Source: Akkermansiaceae bacterium
GTDB taxonomy: Bacteria > Verrucomicrobiota > Verrucomicrobiia > Verrucomicrobiales > DEV007
NCBI GenBank assembly: GCA_024233085.1
Contig: JACKQC010000020.1
Span: forward strand, 35,884 to 99,883
Direction: 5' to 3'
Length of the DNA: 64,000 nt
This document shows, one piece after another, positions 55,452 to 62,352 of this stretch. Both the position numbers and the translations under genes were made by a program. The stretch's first letter is position 1. Each line of letters begins with the position of its first letter. The notes under the pieces are model-generated. The model made no database searches. It was not told the DNA's origin and saw only the letters and a program-made list of their open reading frames with translations.

Positions 55452-55795
55452 CCCACAGGAAAAACCATTTTTCCCATGGGGTTTGGCGTTGTTCCCATGG
55501 GGTTTGGCGTTGTTCCCATGGGGTTTGGCGTTGTTCCCATGGGGTTTGGCGCTGTTCCCATGGGGTTTGGCGCTGTTCCCATGGGGTTTGGCGCTGTTCC
55601 CATGGGGTTTGGCGTTGTTCCCATGGGGTTTGGAGCAATTCCCATGGGTAGCGCCGCAATTCCCATGGGGTTTGGAGCAATTCCCATGGGGTTTGCTGAA
55701 AAACCCACGGGGTTTGAGGCCATTCCCATCGGGTTTGCGGCAAAACCCGCGGGGTCGGCGGCTTTTCCCGGAGGGTTGACCGTCATTCCTCCCGG
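55452..55795. repeat. 21-bp tandem array (~16 units) with phased CCCATGGG palindromes
   Basis: Perfect CCCATGGG occurs at 55473+21n for n=0..10. Degenerate cores occur at 55452, 55704, 55725, 55746, 55767 and 55788. The core TTCCCATGGGGTTTGG is conserved and the 8-nt spacer varies. Confidence 0.85.
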
Positions 55796-55861
55796 ATCAC
55801 GGGCTTTTCCCGCGGGGACTGCGGGCGATCGTGGCCGGAATTCGGCCGCCCGAGCGGCGAT

Positions 55862-56371
55862 TCAGGCGGGCGGAAGGCCGCCCACGAGCCGGCGCAGGAA
55901 AATGCCGGCGCCGAGACAGGAAAAGCTGACGAAGGCGCCGACAACCATGGGCAGCCAGAGCTGCTTGTCGGAATAGATCTCGGCGCTCTTCGGGCTGCCG
56001 GGCACGTGGATGACGCGGACGCTGTCGCCCGCCTTCAATTCGTGGCCGAAGGTGCTGGTGGTCACGAAGTCGAAGGGCTCGGCGCCCTCGGGGGCGCAGT
56101 GCACGTGGAGTTCGTGGGTGATGCTGGCCCGGCTCCGCTGGCCGTAACTGTCCATCGATTCGCCCGGTTTCCGGGAGCCGCCGCCGCCGTAGGTGACCCG
56201 GGTGGTGACTTCGGTCACCGCGCCATCGATCACCTGACCGAGGACGACGAGGCGAACCTGGTTCCAGAGCAGGGCGCCGAGGAAAAAAACGCCGGCCGCG
56301 AGCAGAATCCAGCCGAGCGCGGAGAGGCAGCCGCGATTTTTCTGAAGGGCGTGGTTCGAGTTCACAGGCAA
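55862..56371 (-). CDS. DUF3592-like membrane protein
   Basis: 169 aa. N-terminal TM (LSALGWILLAAGVFFLGALLW), a beta-rich middle and a C-terminal TM, which is the DUF3592 layout as remembered. Confidence 0.55.
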   Translation of the reverse strand: MPVNSNHALQKNRGCLSALGWILLAAGVFFLGALLWNQVRLVVLGQVIDGAVTEVTTRVTYGGGGSRKPGESMDSYGQRSRASITHELHVHCAPEGAEPFDFVTTSTFGHELKAGDSVRVIHVPGSPKSAEIYSDKQLWLPMVVGAFVSFSCLGAGIFLRRLVGGLPPA

Positions 56372-56402
56372 ATCGATCGGGGGATCGGGAAACCGGGCGA
56401 AT

Positions 56403-57218
56403 TCACACGCCGCAGCCGATTTCGAGCACCTTCTCGGCGCCCTTCGGCCCGAGTTTCCAGAGGGTGGTGGCGCCGCCCTCGTAATACTGAGAGTGCAGGA
56501 CGATCTCCATGACGCCGTCGCCGTCGAGGTCGAGCAGGCCGCCGACGTGGTGGACGTTGGGGGCGTTGAACTCCTGGGCTTTCTCGTAAAACTCGCCGTC
56601 GAGGATCTGGGTGACGACGCGCCCGTCCACGACGCGGCGCAGGGCGACGAAGGAATAATCGCCGGGGCCGGAGGCGGTCGGCGCGCTGCCCTCGCCGTCG
56701 GCGGTGGGGTAATGGGTGGCGGCCAGCAGCACCTCCTCCTCGCCGTCGCCGTCGAGATCGACCCGGAGATGCTGGGTGATGCGGACGTCGGGCTTGCGGA
56801 TGCCCTGGCCGGCGAGGATTTCGGCCACGGCTTTCACGTAAACTTCCACGGTGTTGTCGGCGATCTTCACGGGGCGCGGCAGCGGGTTCCACGGGGCGGC
56901 GACGGCGATGGCGGGGGTTTCGTCCGGCTCGGTGTCGAGGGCGGCGATCCAGACGTCGGGGCAGACATCGACGTCGGGCCCCGCGCGGCGGGCCGTCACG
57001 CGGCCGGCTTCGCCTTTCAGGGTGAAAAGGCGGAAGGCGGCGCCGGGCGCGATCGTTTTTCCGGCTTGCTCGCTGGTGAGCCATTTCCCGTCGCGAAAAC
57101 CGCCGATCACATAGCGGTAGGGCAGCTCGAGGAAGGTGGCCGGCTCGGCGGCGGCGGAGAATCCGGCGGCGGCGGCGATCAGGAGCGCGGTCGGGCCAAA
57201 AGATCGGAGGCGGTGCAT
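56403..57218 (-). CDS. Secreted hypothetical protein with FG-GAP/VCBS-like DxDGDG motifs
   Basis: Internal ATG of ORF 56403..57275 gives the signal MHRLRSFGPTALLIAAAAGFSAAA. Motifs RVDLDGDGEEEV and LLDLDGDGVMEIV. Confidence 0.55.
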   Translation of the reverse strand: MHRLRSFGPTALLIAAAAGFSAAAEPATFLELPYRYVIGGFRDGKWLTSEQAGKTIAPGAAFRLFTLKGEAGRVTARRAGPDVDVCPDVWIAALDTEPDETPAIAVAAPWNPLPRPVKIADNTVEVYVKAVAEILAGQGIRKPDVRITQHLRVDLDGDGEEEVLLAATHYPTADGEGSAPTASGPGDYSFVALRRVVDGRVVTQILDGEFYEKAQEFNAPNVHHVGGLLDLDGDGVMEIVLHSQYYEGGATTLWKLGPKGAEKVLEIGCGV

Positions 57219-57324
57219 CGCGTGCGGGGGGGGAAGAGGCTCGGGAAATGTCGTCCGCGCGGCGAAGAATCCCATCGAAAACTTCGGGCGAGGTTCAGAT
57301 AGAGTGTGAGGGAAGCCGGGGGGG

Positions 57325-57652
57325 GCTCAAAGGGTCGATCCCGTGTCGGCTCCCGCCAAGGGCCGAGGATAACGCGAACGGCGTCAGCCGGGTGGGGCGA
57401 GGCGTCCCTGCCGAGGCGTCGTGATGCCAGATCGCATCGACATTTTTCGGCCATTCGACTGAGCCCTGGCTTTTGGTCTTTTTTCCTTCGCGGCTGATTT
57501 CACGGACGGGATTGGGCGGGACGAACGTGGCGGGGCCTCGCGACGGCTCGACAGGGACGTTTGCCTTCGGCGATCTCCGCTGAGTTTCGGTTCGCCCCAC
57601 CACTCCATCGCTCCGGAATCGTGGTCCCGCCATTTTGGCTCGTCCTCCGGCG
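57325..57652. repeat. IR-bounded intergenic unit, copy B (core inverted relative to copy A; right IR interrupted)
   Basis: Left IR at 57391..57421. The right IR is split into 57541..57559 and 57591..57601 by a ~31-nt insertion. The core is the reverse complement of the copy A core, while the flanks are colinear. Confidence 0.7.
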
Positions 57653-57705
57653 CTCAATTGCCGCGAATGGGCGAAATGGCCACGCCAAGTTGGCCAGCCC
57701 GAGGA

Positions 57706-59181
57706 TCACGGCAGCTCGTCGAGGGCCTCCAGGAGCGGGCGATAGGCGAAGTCGTTGAGCAGGGCGATGGCGCCGCGGTCGCTCGGATCGGCGGCGACCT
57801 CGCTGTGGATGCCCAGCGCGTTGTGCATGGCCTCGACGGCGGCTTCCAGATTCTCGGCCCAGGCGTCGTCGTCCTTGGCGGCGCGGGCGATGGCGGCGTT
57901 CCGGGCGGCCTCGACGGCGGTGAGGTAGTGCAGGGCGAAGGTGTAGCGCTTCGCGTGGTGGAGGATCCAGGGCCGGGCGCCGTCGCGGGCGCGGGTGTTG
58001 GCGCGATACATTTCGCCGACGGCCTTGCCGTAGAGTTCCTTCCCTTTGGCCCACCATTCGGGGGCGGGCTCGGCGCCGGCGTAGTGTTCCATGAACATCT
58101 TCGGATCGGGCACGGCGAAGGCGGAGTCCGCCTTTTCGATGAGGGCGGAAACTTCGGCGACGGCGGCGAAACCGAGCGCGAGGGTTTCCGCGACGCCCTC
58201 GCCGCAGATGGGGGTGGCGAGGTCGCGCAGGGCGCTCTCGGGGGTGACGGAGTCGTCCCAGGCGGCGCGGGAGAGGTAGTGAAGCTCGGGATTGAAATCG
58301 CCGACGATGGCCGCCTCGACGGCGAAATCTCCCGCGGGCAAGACGACCGGCGCCGTTTGCGGCAGGAGACCGCCCTGTGGCTGGCCGAGGGAAATCGTGG
58401 CCGCCGCGGCCGGGGCCGGGTCGCTCGTCAGGCCGAGGGCGCCGGCGGCGTCACGAATGCCGGCGAGCCATTTTTCCGCGGCGCCGGGGTCGCCCTCGAG
58501 ATCGGGATTGGCGAAAGACTTCGCTCCGCCGAAAACGGAGCGGCCGGCGATGTCGCCGGTGACGTCGATGGGTTCGAAGGCGATGGGCTCGTCCTTTCCG
58601 GGAAGGATGACGGCGTTGAAGGCGAGCTTGGCGAGCTGTCGCAGCAGTATTTCGTGATCGGCGACGGTCCAGGCGGCCTGGCTGGCGGGGCCGTTCGCCC
58701 GGACGCGCCAGGCGCGGGTGGCGTGGCGCGGGGTCCGGACAATGTCGAAGCCGTCGAGGGTGAAGGCGGGCTTTTCCCTGGGCGGGAAGTCGCCGCCGGT
58801 GAGATAGCGCATCCCGTTGGCGTAACCGTATTCATAGACGGCCCAGAGGGTCGCGACGGGGCTGTTCCCGGCGATGACGAGACCCGAGGGGGTTGACTTG
58901 ACGACATGACCCTGTTGGCCCAGATCGGCGGTCAGGGCGCCCGCTGACTGGGCCGCGCCCAGCCGGATCACGCGGGTCGCGCCCTCCGGCGGGTTGCCCT
59001 TCGCTATCGTGACCCTGGCGTCGAAGAGCGTCGTCAGCAGGCCGGTCAATTCCTTCGCGGCATGAGTTTCCAGCGGGGCGGCGTTCGGATCCGTCACGAG
59101 GGTGACGGAGGGGCCGTCGGCGGCCGAGACGGAGGAAAGAATCGCGGCAAGGCAAAGGGTGGAGAAAAGGGTCGTTTTCAT
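57706..59181 (-). CDS. Secreted hypothetical protein
   Basis: ATG at 59181 in the frame of ORF 57706..60066 gives the signal MKTTLFSTLCLAAILSSVSAA. 491 aa, no family recognised. Confidence 0.5.
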   Translation of the reverse strand: MKTTLFSTLCLAAILSSVSAADGPSVTLVTDPNAAPLETHAAKELTGLLTTLFDARVTIAKGNPPEGATRVIRLGAAQSAGALTADLGQQGHVVKSTPSGLVIAGNSPVATLWAVYEYGYANGMRYLTGGDFPPREKPAFTLDGFDIVRTPRHATRAWRVRANGPASQAAWTVADHEILLRQLAKLAFNAVILPGKDEPIAFEPIDVTGDIAGRSVFGGAKSFANPDLEGDPGAAEKWLAGIRDAAGALGLTSDPAPAAAATISLGQPQGGLLPQTAPVVLPAGDFAVEAAIVGDFNPELHYLSRAAWDDSVTPESALRDLATPICGEGVAETLALGFAAVAEVSALIEKADSAFAVPDPKMFMEHYAGAEPAPEWWAKGKELYGKAVGEMYRANTRARDGARPWILHHAKRYTFALHYLTAVEAARNAAIARAAKDDDAWAENLEAAVEAMHNALGIHSEVAADPSDRGAIALLNDFAYRPLLEALDELP

Positions 59182-59222
59182 GGGAAAGGGAGGAAGAGGG
59201 GGGGAGCGCTCGGCGGCGGCGA

Positions 59223-60668
59223 TCACTTCGCCTCGCTGGAAACGCAGAACACGCTCTCGCGGGTGCGGATGAAGAGCCGGCCGTCGGCGACGGAGGGAGT
59301 GGCGAGGATTTCCTCTCCCATGTCGTTTTTGGCGAGAATATTCAGCTCGGGCTTGTCGTCGAGCACGACGACGAAGCCGTTGCGGCCGGCGATGTAGATC
59401 TTGCCATCGGCGGCGATGGGGGAGGCGTAGTAGTCGCCGAAGTTTTTCAGCCGCGTGCGGTCCCACACGGTGGAGCCGTCCCGGGCGTCGAAGCAGCTGG
59501 AAATGCCGCCGCTTTTCACGACGTGGAGCCGGTGGTTGAAGACGAGGGGCGAGGAGAGATTCGAGGGCGACTTGTTGTCGATGTTCCAGACGACGTGGGT
59601 TTTCGTCACGTCGCCGGCGCCGCCGCCGCGCACGGCCTGGATGGTGTTGCCGCCGGCGGCCTGGTTGTCGGGATGCTGGAAGGCGGTGTCGATCTCGGTC
59701 TCGTCGATCAGCTTGTCGTGGTTCTTGTCGGAAACGTCGAAGCGCTCCAGGAATTCCTTCGGCATTTCCTCGCGGGCGAGCTTGCCGTCCTGGTTGGTGT
59801 CGAGCCATTCGAGCAGGGCGAACTTCAGCGTGCGGGTCGAGTCGCCATAGCTCTGCACGGCGACGTAGATGAGGTCGCCATCGACCACGGGCGAGGTCAT
59901 GATGGTGCGCAGCAGGCTGTTGCAGGTCCAGATTTCCCGGCCGGTGGCGGGGTCGTAGCCCTTCAGTTTGCCCGAACCGGCGAGGACGAGGTCTTTGCGG
60001 CCATTGGCCTCGCAGATGACCGGGAGCGAGTAGCCGGCCAGCATTTCGGGGCGCGAGGTTTTCCACAACGGCTGGCCCGTTTTGGCGTCGAGCGCGACGA
60101 CGAAGGGGTTCAGGTCGTCGTCCTGCGCGAAAAAGACGCGCCCGTCATGGACCACCGGCGAGGCGCCGGCGCCCCAGTCCATGAGGTAGGCGGGCGGGGG
60201 TAGCTCGTGTCGCCAGGCGTCTTTTCCCGTCGCGGCGTCGAGGGCGAGAAGGCCCAGGGTGCTGAAATAGACATAGACGCGCTCGCCGTCGGCCGCCGCG
60301 GTGGAGGAGGCGTGGCTGTTCGGCGGCGTGATGCGGGGCAGGTCGCCGGCGGGGAATTCGCGTTTCCACAGTTCGCGGCCCGAGGCGGCGTCATGGCCAT
60401 AGACGACGAAGGTTTTCCCGTCGACGAGGGCGGTGTTGAAGACGCGACCGCCGACGATCACCGACGAGCCGATCCCGTCGCCGAGCGTGGCTTTCCAGAG
60501 GACTTTCGACTCGAAGGAAAACTCCGTCGGCAGCGGATCGGTGCCCGTGGCGATGCCGGATCCGTTGAGGCCGCGGAACTGCGGCCAGTCGTCGGCGGAG
60601 GCGGTCGCCGCGGACATGGCGAGTGAGGCGGACGCGGCGAGGAGGAGAGAGGCGGTGCGGGCGTTCAT
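59223..60668 (-). CDS. Secreted PQQ-like beta-propeller repeat protein with inserted EF-hand pair
   Basis: Signal peptide, then DDWPQFRGLNGSG. Repeated propeller blades (ALDAATGKDAWR, ALDAKTGQPLWK, GYDPATGREIW). DTNQDGKLAREE and DKNHDKLIDETE fit EF-hand loops. Confidence 0.75.
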   Translation of the reverse strand: MNARTASLLLAASASLAMSAATASADDWPQFRGLNGSGIATGTDPLPTEFSFESKVLWKATLGDGIGSSVIVGGRVFNTALVDGKTFVVYGHDAASGRELWKREFPAGDLPRITPPNSHASSTAAADGERVYVYFSTLGLLALDAATGKDAWRHELPPPAYLMDWGAGASPVVHDGRVFFAQDDDLNPFVVALDAKTGQPLWKTSRPEMLAGYSLPVICEANGRKDLVLAGSGKLKGYDPATGREIWTCNSLLRTIMTSPVVDGDLIYVAVQSYGDSTRTLKFALLEWLDTNQDGKLAREEMPKEFLERFDVSDKNHDKLIDETEIDTAFQHPDNQAAGGNTIQAVRGGGAGDVTKTHVVWNIDNKSPSNLSSPLVFNHRLHVVKSGGISSCFDARDGSTVWDRTRLKNFGDYYASPIAADGKIYIAGRNGFVVVLDDKPELNILAKNDMGEEILATPSVADGRLFIRTRESVFCVSSEAK

Positions 60669-60912
60669 GAATGGCGTCGATTACACCAAGTCGCGGCGAC
60701 GCGGGCAATGGCCCATTTCGGCCATTTGGCGGGGCGGGGATCGGTTCCGGGAGAGAGAGCGTTTGTTTATCGGAAGAGGGAAAATCCGGAAATGCCGCCG
60801 CCCGGGCGATGGGGGCGCGAGCGGACCGAATGAATGCGCCGGCGATTGGGAAGGCGTCAAAGCGAGAGAAGGGAACCGGCCGAGCCTGCCGCAAAAGAAG
60901 GAGCGTGCGCAA

Positions 60913-61112
60913 GAGAGCGGGAGAGCGGGAGAGCGGGAGAGCGGGAGAGCGGGAGAGCGGGAGAGCGGGAGAGCGGGAGAGCGGGAGAGCGGGAGAGCGG
61001 GAGAGCGGGAGAGCGGGAGAGCGGGAGAGCGGGAGAGCGGGAGAGCGGGAGAGCGGGAGAGCGGGAGAGCGGGAGAGCGGGAGAGCGGGAGAGCGGGAGA
61101 GCGGGAGAGCGG
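60913..61112. repeat. Perfect 8-bp microsatellite (GAGAGCGG)x25
   Basis: Counted directly: 25 uninterrupted units. Intergenic, between the propeller gene start and the IS200-like element. Confidence 0.9.
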
Positions 61113-61296
61113 GCGGGTGCCGGCAGGGAGATTCGATCCCGGAGGCATCGCCCCTGATCCCGGAGGGATCGCCCATGAATAGCCGGGAGTCGAAGACTCC
61201 CGGAACTCCCGGAACCACCGGTTCGCCCGGAAAACCCCGGAGGGGTTGACCATGGGGATGTCGCGCCGACCGAGCCGACCGAACTCAGCGAGACCA

Positions 61297-61782
61297 TCAC
61301 GGAAGAAATTCCGGCTTCCACTCCAAATGAGCCGCTTCGACAAGGCGTTTCAATTCGGCCACAAAATCCTCGCGATCGGACATCGCGCCGCCCGCGTGGT
61401 GAGCTTCCTGGTTTTTGATGTAGTCAATCAGGGCCGGACGCGCCTCGGCCGCGACAGTGAAGGCGCCATATCCCTCCTGCCAGAAATCGAAGCGTGGAAA
61501 CACCCCTTTGCCTTTGATCCAGGCGGAGGACGCGGTCTTGATCTCCTTCACCAGATCCGCCAGCGCAATGGTGGGATGGAGAGAAGTGAGGATGTGGAGG
61601 TGATCTTCAATGCCGCCGATCCGGTAGAGGTGACATTGCCGATTTTTGAGAATCCCCCAGATGAATCGATAGAGGTCGTCGCGCCGGGATTTTTCGAGGA
61701 CGGGAGCCCGGTGTTTGGCGCCAAAGACGATGTGATAGGTGATGTCCGTGTAGGTGGCATGGGAAGAGGATAGGACAATCAC
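61297..61782 (-). CDS. IS200-like Y1 (HUH) transposase / REP-associated tyrosine transposase-like protein
   Basis: ORF 61297..61869, with a GTG at 61782 proposed as the start. YHIVFGAKHRAPVL, HUH motif DHLHIL, WQEGYGAFTV, and the catalytic-Tyr region LIDYIKNQEAHH. Confidence 0.75.
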   Translation of the reverse strand: MIVLSSSHATYTDITYHIVFGAKHRAPVLEKSRRDDLYRFIWGILKNRQCHLYRIGGIEDHLHILTSLHPTIALADLVKEIKTASSAWIKGKGVFPRFDFWQEGYGAFTVAAEARPALIDYIKNQEAHHAGGAMSDREDFVAELKRLVEAAHLEWKPEFLP

Positions 61783-61924
61783 AGCGCAATGGGCAACCCC
61801 AGGTTGTTTTTGGGTCGGACGCGGCCCCGGTCGATGACCCCGGTATTCCGGGTGATCCTCCGGGATCAATTTGGTGCCAGGCTTTTGGTTTTGAGTTTGA
61901 GGATTGCGGATGGCGAGATCTGCC

Positions 61925-62066
61925 CGGCTTTGGCATTGGCTTGGCTGTGGCTGGCTGGGCTGTGGCTTGGCCTGTTTGCTGCTGGGCTGTGGTGTAGCTT
62001 GTTGGCTGTGGCTGTGGCTGTGGCTTTGGCTTTGGCTTTGGCTTTGGCTTTGGCTTTGGCTTTGGG
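61925..62066. repeat. Hexanucleotide microsatellite (TGGCTG/TGGCTT)n
   Basis: About 11 clean units at 62002..62066, preceded by degenerate units from ~61925. Lies upstream of the transposase start, inside the element. Confidence 0.8.
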
Positions 62067-62352
62067 CCTGTGCGGCTCAATGTGGCTCTCAGAGACTTGG
62101 TCGGGCTCGGTTCGATTGTCCCATTCCGCCCCTCGGAAAACCGATCTCGGAGGGATCGCCCATGAATAGCCGGGAGTCGAAGACTCCCGGAACGAAGACT
62201 CCCGGAACGAAGACTCCCGGAACTCCCGGAACTACCGGTTCGCCCGGAAAACCCCGGAGGGGTTGCCCATTGGGGATGTCGCGCCCTTTCCATGGCGTGG
62301 ATGCGCGGACTTTTCTCGCCAAATCCCGCCCAACTGCGGCCATCTTTTTTTC

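Larger units (their letters stand above)
61161..62285 (-). mobile_element. IS200/IS605-family-like (Y1 transposase/RAYT-type) element bounded by hairpin-bearing direct repeats
   Basis: Direct repeats at 61161..61267 and 62148..62285 (CGGAGGGATCGCCCATGAATAGCCGGGAGTCGAAGACTCCCGGAAC...ACCGGTTCGCCCGGAAAACCCCGGAGGGGTTG.CCA.GGGGATGTCGCGCC). Each has the perfect hairpin CCGGGAGTC-GAA-GACTCCCGG (61183..61203 and 62170..62190). The right copy has two additional GAAGACTCCCGGAAC units. Confidence 0.55.

Noticed and set aside
55452-55795. The 21-bp array as a CRISPR array.
   Set aside because: The repeats are directly adjacent with no unique spacers of comparable length. The unit length is too short. 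No cas genes are present.
54858-55976. ORFs reading through the 21-bp array as heptad-repeat proteins: 54858..55976(+) PMGFGVV, 55256..55786(-) NPMGTAP, and 55270..55743(-) QTPWEQR.
   Set aside because: All six frames are open simply because the unit lacks stop codons. The N-terminus of the plus-strand ORF is made of REP and IR-element sequence. Unit-to-unit variation is a contiguous 8-nt block rather than codon-periodic. There is no signal peptide and no convincing start context. Translation of the minus-strand ORF starting at the ATG at 55786 cannot be fully excluded.
60391-61343. ORFs through the 8-bp microsatellite (ESGRAGER / SPALPLSR repeats) as repeat proteins.
   Set aside because: The unit is 8 bp, so the same repeat is read in all three frames. 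The perfect DNA-level repetition and the lack of flanking protein features indicate non-coding sequence.
61297-61782. The idea that the Y1 transposase (RAYT-like) mobilises the abundant GACCCAAC-NNN-GTTGGGTC REP family.
   Set aside because: The hairpins actually flanking the gene (CCGGGAGTC-GAA-GACTCCCGG) are unrelated in sequence to that family. The window gives no support for the link. It is left as a question for genome-wide analysis.
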